This document shows positions 1-7,115 of a stretch of 24,320 bases of DNA, one piece after another (position 1 is the stretch's first letter; every line of letters starts with the position of its first letter). The position numbers were made by a program, and so were the translations under genes. The stretch spans positions 1-24,320 of the forward strand of contig CBFGKC010000004.1 in assembly GCA_965649265.1 (NCBI GenBank), written 5' to 3'. This DNA is from a candidate division WOR-3 bacterium. GTDB taxonomy: Bacteria; Hydrothermota; Tepidihabitantia; B3-TA06. A model generated the notes under the pieces. It was not told the origin of the DNA, searched no databases, and worked only from the letters and a program-made list of their open reading frames with translations.

Positions 1-398
1 ATTCGTCCGCTAGAGTCTATCTTCGCCGAAGTGAAATCCGCAAGTTTGTTTGTATCCTTTGAACGCACTGACCCCGTTAACACGCAAGAGTTGTCAGCAG
101 TCATGCACAAGCAGTCAAACCATCCAGGGGTGATGCCGGTTTCCACTTGCCACAATGAGTCGCCCTTTGAGTTGACCTTGTATACAATGCCTAATCTAGT
201 TGCCATGACATACCCGGAATCCTTGGTTTCCTTGACAACAAGACCTTCGTAACCCTTGTCAAACGCCTTTGTCCAAATTGTGTCGCCCAGGGAATCAAGC
301 TTAACCAACCAGGGTTTTGCGATATATTCGCAAACTTCGGTCTCTTGTGAAAAAAGAATTACAACTAAACTAAAATAAAGGGTAAGAATTCTTTTCAT
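1..398 (-). CDS. Secreted beta-propeller-repeat protein, N-terminal part (runs off left edge)
   Basis: Not in ORF track (no stop in window). ATG at 398 with AGGAGG RBS; translates MKRILTLYFSLVVILFSQETEVCEYIAKPWLVKLDSLGDTIWTKAFD...VYKVNSKGDSLWQ..., a signal peptide plus repeated 'KxDSxGDxxW' blades. Confidence 0.8.
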   Translation of the reverse strand, partial: MKRILTLYFSLVVILFSQETEVCEYIAKPWLVKLDSLGDTIWTKAFDKGYEGLVVKETKDSGYVMATRLGIVYKVNSKGDSLWQVETGITPGWFDCLCMTADNSCVLTGSVRSKDTNKLADFTSAKIDSSGR

Positions 399-448
399 CT
401 CTTCCTCCTTTTGTTTACCCTCGGTTTATACGCACCAACTGCAAGTAA

Positions 449-476
449 ATAATAGGCTTCGGGAGAGGTTTGTCAA
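449..476 (-). promoter_or_regulatory. sigma70-type promoter TTGACA-N16-TATTAT
   Basis: Read directly; about 50 bp upstream of the ATG at 398. Confidence 0.7.
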
Positions 477-572
477 GGCCGGTTCACCTCGCCCGACCCT
501 GAGCCGACGACCATGAGCCCGTACAGCTACTGTCTGAACAACCCCGTCTCGCTGGTAGACCCCACCGGCCAC
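477..572 (+). repeat. 96-bp RHS core end (GRFTSPDP...NNPVSLVDPTGH), copy 1
   Basis: Matches 2875..2970 with 3 synonymous differences (tgt/tgc, ctg/ctt, ccc/cca). Confidence 0.95.
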
Positions 573-1379
573 TCCGCAAGCTGCACCGGGGGAGGGTACT
601 CGTTCGGACTTCCCCAATATGATTTCTGGACTCTTCAGGCTATGAAACTCACCCCTTTACCTCAAATTCCCCAAATCCCGGCCCCGGAATTGCGTGTCTA
701 TGCCGATGCTTCGGTATCTCTTGCCAGTTATATCGCGGATTTGTTGTTTTACGGAAAGGTTCAGGCTATCCAAGAAAGAAATAAGGAATACGCACGGTTA
801 CAGGCTCGCTTTGCAAAAATAATGGAAGCCATGAAAAACCCAGATGCAGTATTCCCTAGGAAAGACGTTGCACTCGCTCAAGCATTGGCCAACGAAATAC
901 ACTTGTGGTTGAGAGAGGAACATCCTGAATTCGCTAAGCTTGAAGAAGCGCTTGGTGCGGCAGGTTTGGGTGTGAGCATTACAGCTGAAAACTCAAGCAG
1001 GTGCGACGAACTAAGTGATATAATAACATCTAGCCACCTAGGAAGTCTTAAAATCACGATTCAAACAGATGTATACGCCACAATGGGTGAAATGGTAACA
1101 GAGATTGCTACTGGGATTGTTCATGAGGTTAGCGAAGCCTACGTGGCTGAAGTTAAGGATTGGGGATGGGGTGACATGCTTGACAAGTTTACAGACGCCC
1201 ATATTGCTGCTGCAGGTTACGTTGGGTCTTATGATAACAAAGGTTTCTTCGCCTCCCAAAACATTGGCGCTTCTGGATTTTGGACAACACCGATGCTATC
1301 TTTGAGAAATAACCCTCACTATTATTACAAAGAGGCGTACAGGTTAGGTCTTATTGTAAACATCCATTACGAAAATTGA
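513..1379 (+). CDS. Orphan RHS C-terminal toxin cassette (possible HExxE zincin-like domain)
   Basis: Begins with the RHS core end YxYxxNNPxxxxDPxG followed by an unrelated, AT-richer ~270-aa tip containing HEVSE...AH. The ATG is an internal core Met with no RBS, so it is probably silent. Confidence 0.75.
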   Translation: MSPYSYCLNNPVSLVDPTGHSASCTGGGYSFGLPQYDFWTLQAMKLTPLPQIPQIPAPELRVYADASVSLASYIADLLFYGKVQAIQERNKEYARLQARFAKIMEAMKNPDAVFPRKDVALAQALANEIHLWLREEHPEFAKLEEALGAAGLGVSITAENSSRCDELSDIITSSHLGSLKITIQTDVYATMGEMVTEIATGIVHEVSEAYVAEVKDWGWGDMLDKFTDAHIAAAGYVGSYDNKGFFASQNIGASGFWTTPMLSLRNNPHYYYKEAYRLGLIVNIHYEN

Positions 1380-1399
1380 ATGCTTGTGAAAGAATGGGA

Positions 1400-1433
1400 T
1401 TTTAAGGAGGGCGTAATTGCGCCCTCCTTAAAA
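1400..1433. terminator. Bidirectional rho-independent terminator
   Basis: TTTTAAGGAGGGCG-TAATTG-CGCCCTCCTTAAAA inverted repeat. Confidence 0.7.
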
Positions 1434-1439
1434 AAGAAC

Positions 1440-1467
1440 TTGACAAAAAGACTTGATGAAGTATGCT
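1440..1467 (+). promoter_or_regulatory. sigma70-type promoter TTGACA-N16-TATGCT
   Basis: Upstream of AGGAG RBS and ATG at 1494. Confidence 0.7.
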
Positions 1468-1493
1468 TTCAAACTAGTAAAGGAGAATAAAAG

Positions 1494-1957
1494 ATGAATA
1501 TACCAAGGGCAAAAGATTCTGTTAAAGACGTTTTTTTACCATCCTAATCTCATTGGTGGTTGTTTGCATTCTTACATTTACAACCTGGTATCCCAACTCA
1601 GCGATCTACGAGTTCCTTTTTGATCAGGCTGAGATAGCGCAGATTCATGCTGAGCCAAACAGGCCAATTGCCATGTTCATGTACCAGGGAATGCCTGATA
1701 ATACAGTACCGCTCAGGCTCAAGCTAACGGCAGCGTCTACTGTAATAACCGGTATTGTCATGTCGTTGATGCTGCTTCTTCGCAAGGCTTGCAGGTCGTT
1801 CGATATTAAGCTTCTGGAAAGGATTCTGACGTGGGGTTTCTTTTACCAGGGTATTATGACTGTGTTAATGATCGTCGGTATGTGGCTGGACTTCAGGATG
1901 TTTCCCAATGGACTAATACGGATTGGATACTTATATAAACTTCATGTTTTCCAATAA
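1494..1957 (+). pseudogene. Membrane protein (candidate immunity), frameshifted at T7 run 1531-1537
   Basis: RBS+ATG at 1494 stops at 1545. One extra T joins MNIPRAKDSVKDVFF to TILISLVVVCIL... and the 1553..1957 ORF (about 3 TM segments). Confidence 0.6.
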
Positions 1958-1967
1958 GGGGGTAAAG

Positions 1968-2276
1968 ATGGAGAACAGCATGCGTAAGCTTATCCCCCAG
2001 ATAATCGGCATCATCATCGTACTTACTACCTCCATCCTTAGTCGTGGTCATTTCTTTTCGCTCGTTGCAGGATTATCTCTGGTTTTTTTTGCATCCGATA
2101 AAAAGAACCCACCCAGCATACGTATTTCTTCGGCAATCCTGGGAGGGGTTTTTATTTTTGTCGTTGTTTTCTATTATGCGTTTCTCTTGACACTGCCTAC
2201 GACTAGGGCTGACAGAGACCTTTTTGGATTCTACCTACCCTATTCAGATGTCGGAAGGGATTTAGGGCTGTGGTAG
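1968..2276 (+). CDS. Small ~3-TM membrane protein (candidate immunity)
   Basis: ATG 1968 preceded by AAGGGGG; hydrophobic segments; 10 bp after the previous stop. Confidence 0.65.
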   Translation: MENSMRKLIPQIIGIIIVLTTSILSRGHFFSLVAGLSLVFFASDKKNPPSIRISSAILGGVFIFVVVFYYAFLLTLPTTRADRDLFGFYLPYSDVGRDLGLW

Positions 2277-2307
2277 TGAGTTTTTCTAACGAGTAGCTAA
2301 ACTACAT

Positions 2308-3000
2308 TTGGCCATAGGGAACGTCTTCAGCTTCAAGCCCGGATACAGCAACACCGACGAGTACCAGAACGGCGGCTCGTCGGCCTTTGACGTGGTGCCT
2401 GGAGACGCAGCGTCAATGAAAACGGGCTATGCCGAAATGCACGACTACGTTAAGGACCCCGACCCCAACGACACCAATCCGGGCAACGGCTACCGGGTAA
2501 AGGCATGGGACAGAATCTATCTCTACGACGGGCTGATGCCGTTGGTTGAGTACTCGTGCCCTGCGGGCGGCGAATACGACCACGCGCCCGTGCGCTACGT
2601 GTACGGCATTCCGGGCGCAACCATTAGAATTGAAACGCGCGAAACAGGCTCGGGCCGCGACACCTTCTTTTTGCACACCGACGGCCTCGGCTCGGTGCGT
2701 TCGATGACCAACCGCTCGGGAACCGAGGTTTCGCACTACCGCTATGACCCGTTCGGCAAACTGATCGAATCGTCAAACGACACCACGGGCAGCACGCGTC
2801 GCTTTTGCGGCAAGGACTGGGACGTGGAGCAGAGCCTTATATACATGGCTGCGCGGTACTACGACCCGCGGTTCGGCCGGTTCACCTCGCCCGACCCTGA
2901 GCCGACGACCATGAGCCCGTACAGCTACTGCCTTAACAACCCAGTCTCGCTGGTAGACCCCACCGGCCACAGGTCTGGCCGCGGGTGGATGAGCGGCCAA
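2308..3000 (+). pseudogene. Truncated RHS repeat-associated core fragment lacking N-terminus and toxin tip
   Basis: FLHTDGLGSVRSMT, YRYDPFG, YMAARYYDPRFGRFTSPDP, NNPVSLVDPTG motifs in a GC-rich island with no RBS. About 10 codons after DPTGH the sequence turns into the next gene's promoter. Confidence 0.8.
2875..2970 (+). repeat. 96-bp RHS core end, copy 2
   Basis: Near-identical to 477..572. Confidence 0.95.
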
Positions 3001-3010
3001 AATATAACCC

Positions 3011-3038
3011 TTGACATCCTTCTTTCGCTTGATATACT
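3011..3038 (+). promoter_or_regulatory. sigma70-type promoter TTGACA-N16-TATACT
   Basis: Upstream of AGGAGG RBS and ATG 3090. Confidence 0.75.
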
Positions 3039-3089
3039 ATCTAGACAAAAAACGTTTACGTTCGCTTTTTGCGAACAAGGAGGTAGGAA

Positions 3090-4679
3090 ATGAAAAAGGG
3101 ATTGACCCTTTCGGCAGTCATCTGTTTACTTGGAAGTCTTTACGCCTCGGGCTGGGATGACCCCCTCCCTTCCGAGCACAGGGTAGGCAGGCTTGAGTTG
3201 CCCTCCGCTCCCGCCGAGATTGACAGCTTCGGCACGTACGTTTACGTCGCAAGCGTCATGACTGTCTTCTCTTACGAAAGCAACAATCTTTGCAAAGTTT
3301 ATGACAAGACAGGAGACATTGTGTGGTCAGGCACCCTCAAGAAGGACAAATACGTTGTTGTTGACTGTCCGGATTCCAGCGTTTGTTGGGTATCGGCAAC
3401 CAAAGGCATTTCAGTTCTCAACGGAGACCCTTTTGTACCTTCAGGCATGGGCTCATGGTTCGCGATGGACCCATACAATAATCCCTTGAGTACAAAACTT
3501 CTGTCAATAGGGCCGGGGGTAAAACCAAGCCTGTATGATGAAGTATGTTTCGTAGTTTTTTCATATCAAGACAGTACTTATGTAACTTTAAAGAAAATAC
3601 AGGGGGACAGTTTAATCTGGGAGGGTATGCTTGACAGCGCTGCCATTTACAGATGGGATACCCAGGGCAAGAACCTTGCGGCAGTATCGGTTGAAGCCTC
3701 TAAACCGGTATCGGCAATGACGGGAACCTTCGGTGTGGCCTTTTCTCCTCCTTCATTCAACGGAACCTTTACCGGCAGGGATTTCATGAGCTACGCGCAT
3801 TACGAAACCTATCCACAGGACCTTCAAATAGTACCCTGGGAGGACAGTACAAGCGTAACGATAACAGAACTAGGCAATCCCTCCAATGTGATATGGGAAG
3901 CGTTTTGCGAGAAAAAAGGGGAAATCAAGGGTACGCAGATCAACGATAATCAATATAACCTTGGCGGACCGAGAAAGCTTTTTATACATAGTGACAAGGA
4001 TATCTCAATCTTTCAAACCCCGTGGGTGAGTTTCGAGGAACCCAATCCTTTTTATCTCGCCAAAGGAATAACCAGGGAAGGATCGGGGTTGGGAAGTGAG
4101 TATTACATTCCTTTGCTCAAATCCTTTGAAGAGGTTGATCCCGAAGGCTTTTATCCTTCAAGGTTGTATGTATTATCGTTTAAGGATAACAATTCAGTGC
4201 AGGTCCGCAGGATACCGAAAGACGGAGGCAACGACACACTTATCTGGCAGGGTAGTGTAAACAAAGGCGAATGTTATGAGTACACGTGTCCTGCCGGCCT
4301 CCAGGGGGATCGTGCCATTTATCATGTCATTGCATCAGATACTGTAGTTACTCTGGGTGGTTATATAGGTTCTACAAGTTTTGCCGATTTCTTTCCTATG
4401 CTTCACTGGGATAAGCCGATCGCTGTCGGAGAAGGACCTGCAACGGTTACTCGACTCGAGGTTGTCAACCCTGTATGCAGCCAGATCACGCTGCGCTATT
4501 CGAACTGCCCCGGCGGTATACACGCGTCCGTCTATGACGCATCCGGTCGCAAGGCGGACGAACTGCACTCTTCCCGAACTCAGGGCACCCTCGAGTGGGG
4601 AGGAGGGGAGAGGCCGGGCGTGTATTTCATCAAGGTAAATTCAGACGGAAGTACCCTTAAGGTGATCTTAATCAAGTGA
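3090..4679 (+). CDS. Secreted beta-rich repeat protein with T9SS type A-like C-terminal sorting domain
   Basis: Signal peptide; four internal 'xIWxGxxxK' repeats; C-terminus VYDASGRK...PGVYFIKV...KVILIK typical of Por secretion tails. Confidence 0.8.
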   Translation: MKKGLTLSAVICLLGSLYASGWDDPLPSEHRVGRLELPSAPAEIDSFGTYVYVASVMTVFSYESNNLCKVYDKTGDIVWSGTLKKDKYVVVDCPDSSVCWVSATKGISVLNGDPFVPSGMGSWFAMDPYNNPLSTKLLSIGPGVKPSLYDEVCFVVFSYQDSTYVTLKKIQGDSLIWEGMLDSAAIYRWDTQGKNLAAVSVEASKPVSAMTGTFGVAFSPPSFNGTFTGRDFMSYAHYETYPQDLQIVPWEDSTSVTITELGNPSNVIWEAFCEKKGEIKGTQINDNQYNLGGPRKLFIHSDKDISIFQTPWVSFEEPNPFYLAKGITREGSGLGSEYYIPLLKSFEEVDPEGFYPSRLYVLSFKDNNSVQVRRIPKDGGNDTLIWQGSVNKGECYEYTCPAGLQGDRAIYHVIASDTVVTLGGYIGSTSFADFFPMLHWDKPIAVGEGPATVTRLEVVNPVCSQITLRYSNCPGGIHASVYDASGRKADELHSSRTQGTLEWGGGERPGVYFIKVNSDGSTLKVILIK

Positions 4680-4795
4680 TCGAGGTATAGGTTCGTCTAC
4701 AGGTGAGAGGTAATCGGCGTTTGAGCCATAAAGTGGTCACGCGCGGTCACACCTTTGCAGACTGAAATTAAACCCACAATCGCCACCGTTCTGAG

Positions 4796-5136
4796 TTAAG
4801 TCGAGCTTTTACGAAGATTAGGGGGAGGGGCTTCCGATTTGGCGGACCATCGCTTTGCCACTGGCTATGCCGCCGTGGTTGAAAATCCGATGGTAATCCT
4901 CTTATGCGTTCCGTCCACAACTCGCAATTCTGTTCGAACGCCGCGTCTTTGATAAGGTGGGCCTTTTCCAATTACGATAACGCCATCAACAAGGGTTATA
5001 CCGCTTTCTCTAGGTGATCGATAATCTCATTGTATGTATTACTCTTTTAAGGACAGGTAACTTCTCGTGAGACACTGAAGAGGCTACGTGTAATTTTTGA
5101 ATTTAAGTCGAGCTTTTGCAAAGATTGAGGGAGGCG
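4796..5136 (+). repeat. Imperfect ~24-34 bp direct repeat at 4796 and 5103
   Basis: TTAAGTCGAGCTTTTACGAAGATT vs TTAAGTCGAGCTTTTGCAAAGATT, both followed by a G-rich stretch. Confidence 0.8.
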
Positions 5137-5153
5137 GCAAGGCCGCCTCCCTC
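5127..5153 (-). terminator. Hairpin, likely terminator for 5370..5759
   Basis: GAGGGAGGCGGC-AAG-GCCGCCTCCCTC. Confidence 0.55.
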
Positions 5154-5258
5154 TGATTCAAGCGTAAAGATTATATCTTGTCTTATGCGTGTTGTATCCA
5201 CCGATCGGATGGAAGACCCCTTGACCCATGAGAGCGTTTTAGCATGGTATGGTCAGAA

Positions 5259-5378
5259 GTGTTACGGGCGTTACGAGTGTTTCTGAGGAGGGCGGCGCTG
5301 CGTGTGTCACTGAGAAGGGCGGTGTTACGAGTGTTTCTGAGGAGGGTGGTGTTACGGGTGTTACGGGTGTTACGGGTT
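5259..5378. repeat. Tandem GTGTTACGG 9-mer / 27-mer repeat tract
   Basis: Multiple GTGTTACG units plus three ~27-bp units (..GTGTTTCTGAGGAGGG..); related to 8737..8810 in opposite orientation. Confidence 0.9.
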
Positions 5379-5759
5379 TCGTTCCATTGTCCAGGTGCCG
5401 TACCAGCCGTTGAACTTCCACCATTTACCGTATGCAAGCGCGTCGTCACTGATAGGAAAGTACCCCGTCCAGTGACCCACAAGTGCGTCCGTATCGTCAT
5501 AGATGTCGCCTTGTTCAACATAGTAGCAGTTGTTGACCACATCCCAGGCAACACCGTACCATGTTCCGTAGTTGTGAGCGTAGTCTGCATAACTCGCCCA
5601 CGTTCCTTTGTAGACAGGCGGGTCAACGTCTTCGGTGATTTTTCCCTCGATGGTGCCTGCATCGCTGCCCGAATATGTGCCTTGCCAGCCGGCGGCTGCC
5701 AGGCTGCCGGCACAGAACACTACGCCGAAGATTAAAGCCGCTAAGCCTTTCTTAAGCAT
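5370..5759 (-). CDS. Small secreted Trp/Tyr/Gly-rich beta protein
   Basis: AGGAG RBS, signal peptide ending AAA, repeated GxW motifs, own promoter. Confidence 0.8.
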   Translation of the reverse strand: MLKKGLAALIFGVVFCAGSLAAAGWQGTYSGSDAGTIEGKITEDVDPPVYKGTWASYADYAHNYGTWYGVAWDVVNNCYYVEQGDIYDDTDALVGHWTGYFPISDDALAYGKWWKFNGWYGTWTMERNP

Positions 5760-5813
5760 GTCTTCTCCTAGCTTCTCTGTTTATAGTATAGCTTTTTATG
5801 CCCTCCTTTACAC

Positions 5814-5841
5814 ATTGTATAGAAAAAAATGTTGATGTCAA
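5814..5841 (-). promoter_or_regulatory. sigma70-type promoter TTGACA-N16-TACAAT
   Basis: Upstream of ATG 5759. Confidence 0.75.
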
Positions 5842-5863
5842 TATATATTTGGCAAATGAGTAA

Positions 5864-5968
5864 TCAATCAAAAGAGCTGCAGTTTCGACAGGGTGGCCTC
5901 CTGCTTTCTTGCGTCAGGGGGGAGAGGATAGGCCAGGGAACGACTGATAAAAATTGAATACTCTTCAT
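5864..5968 (-). pseudogene. 34-aa ORF with strong RBS (MKSIQFLSVVPWP...), small protein or gene stump
   Basis: GGAGGAG 6 nt before ATG; below the ORF-track cutoff. Confidence 0.35.
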
Positions 5969-6036
5969 TCTTCACTCCTCCGTAAAGAAAAATTTTTTAC
6001 ACTTCGTTTTCGGAAAGAATGTCATCGGTGAGGGTA

Positions 6037-6064
6037 TTGACATCCCCTGTTTTTTTACTAGATT
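6037..6064 (+). promoter_or_regulatory. Promoter TTGACA-N16-TAGATT, probably leaderless
   Basis: -10 ends 6 nt before ATG 6071; no SD. Confidence 0.65.
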
Positions 6065-6070
6065 AATGGA

Positions 6071-6508
6071 ATGCAGGAAGTGAAAATCAGGCCGCTTGTG
6101 CCGGAAGAATATGAGGAGATAGTCAACCTCTGGACTCGCGCTGGTTTACCCATAAAGACCCGAGGACGTGAATCAAAGAAGGCGCTCCAGACCCAGATGA
6201 AGGACGCACCAGATTTTTTTATAGGCGCCGAGATAGATTCCAGGCTCGCAGGCGTCATCATCGCCTCGAGCGACGGCCGCAAGGGCTATCTTAACCGTGT
6301 GGCTGTTGACCCCAAATACCGCGGCATGGGCATTGCCGCAAAGCTCACCCAGGCCGCAGAGCAGGCTCTTAACAGGCGCGGTATAAAGGTCATCTGTCTT
6401 CTGATTCACCGTTCGAACCTCGCCTCGAGGGCGCTTGCAAAAAAGCTAGGCTACGCGGAACACGACGACATCGTATACCTCTCCAAGCGCGGCTCCGAGG
6501 AAGACTAG
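6071..6508 (+). CDS. GNAT N-acetyltransferase (YpeA-like)
   Basis: DGRKGYLNRVAVDPKYRGMGIA acetyl-CoA motif; N..S...KKLGY motif B. Confidence 0.9.
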   Translation: MQEVKIRPLVPEEYEEIVNLWTRAGLPIKTRGRESKKALQTQMKDAPDFFIGAEIDSRLAGVIIASSDGRKGYLNRVAVDPKYRGMGIAAKLTQAAEQALNRRGIKVICLLIHRSNLASRALAKKLGYAEHDDIVYLSKRGSEED

Positions 6509-6554
6509 CCCCGGAGGGGCATGCGCCAAACGAGAACCTGCGTTTGGCGTTAAA

Positions 6555-6591
6555 CCCCGCAAAAACACGGAGTGTTTTTGCGGGGAACCCC
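6555..6591 (+). repeat. Palindromic REP-like element A
   Basis: CCCCGCAAAAACAC-GGA-GTGTTTTTGCGGGG + AACCCC tail. Confidence 0.85.
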
Positions 6592-6702
6592 TTGATTAAA
6601 TACCCCAACCATCCTCGGTCTTATTTCTGAAGAAGTCGCAACAGGCCTTTTTTCCTCTTTATCTCATTAATGTTATGTCGCAAAGTGCCGACATGAAGTA
6701 AT

Positions 6703-6738
6703 GGGTTCCCTTGGAAGTCGCGAAGCAACTTCCAAGGG
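6703..6738 (-). repeat. Palindromic REP-like element B
   Basis: GGGTT + CCCTTGGAAGTCGC-GAA-GCAACTTCCAAGGG. Confidence 0.8.
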
Positions 6739-6749
6739 TTTATTTGTTG

Positions 6750-6776
6750 GCAACATTTATACCCCCCCCTGCGTCT
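6750..6776 (+). promoter_or_regulatory. ECF-sigma-type promoter GCAAC-N17-CGTCT
   Basis: Fits the AAC / CGTC bipartite ECF consensus; upstream of a short terminated unit. Confidence 0.5.
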
Positions 6777-6782
6777 TATATA

Positions 6783-6874
6783 TAGACGATCCGACTCCGC
6801 ATGTAGATCCGGGGGACAATTCCCGGGTCGAAAACGGGACAATTTGACACCGGCCCCTTGGGGCCGGTTTTTTT
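6783..6874 (+). ncRNA. Candidate ~90-nt sRNA
   Basis: ECF-type promoter, internal hairpin GATCCGGG/CCCGGGTC and strong terminator; no credible ORF. Confidence 0.45.
6849..6874 (+). terminator. Rho-independent terminator
   Basis: ACCGGCCC-CTTG-GGGCCGG followed by T7. Confidence 0.8.
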
Positions 6875-6980
6875 GGGATGGGACCGGTTTTCTTTGGGAT
6901 GGGGCGCTTTTTAAAGTCTGGGGCCATTTTTCTTGGGGGGTGGGCCGGTTTTTGGGGATGGAGGTCGATTTTTCTTGAAT
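6860..6980 (+). repeat. Degenerate ~20-bp tandem repeat (GGGCCGGTTTTT..GGGATG), about 6 units
   Basis: Visible periodic G-run/T-run pattern beginning in the terminator 3' arm. Confidence 0.65.
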
Positions 6981-7115
6981 CTTAGTAGAAAAACAAGCGT
7001 TTTATCGAAAAGTAAAGAAACGATAGTCGTTCCGACTTAAAGATAAGTTAAGATAAAAAGAGACTGGAACCGTATCGGGGGGGGAGAGGGGCATCTTGAG
7101 TTCCTCAGGTACTTT

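Noticed and set aside
31-252. 73-aa plus-strand ORF
   Set aside because: Antisense to the real partial gene 1..398(-).
477-2970. Diversity-generating retroelement TR/VR pair
   Set aside because: The three differences are synonymous and not adenine-specific; no reverse transcriptase in the window.
3001-3093. C-terminal 30 aa of the RHS ORF as a real toxin tip
   Set aside because: It is read-through across the promoter and RBS of the next gene.
5259-5378. CRISPR array
   Set aside because: Units are contiguous tandem repeats without unique spacers; no cas genes in the window.
5183-5735. ORFs 5183..5713(-), 5239..5424(-), 5244..5735(+)
   Set aside because: Open because of the 9/27-bp repeat and overlap with the better-supported 5370..5759 gene (RBS, promoter, signal peptide).
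6844-6849. TTGACA as a promoter -35
   Set aside because: No -10 box at 16-18 bp; the downstream sequence is the terminator.
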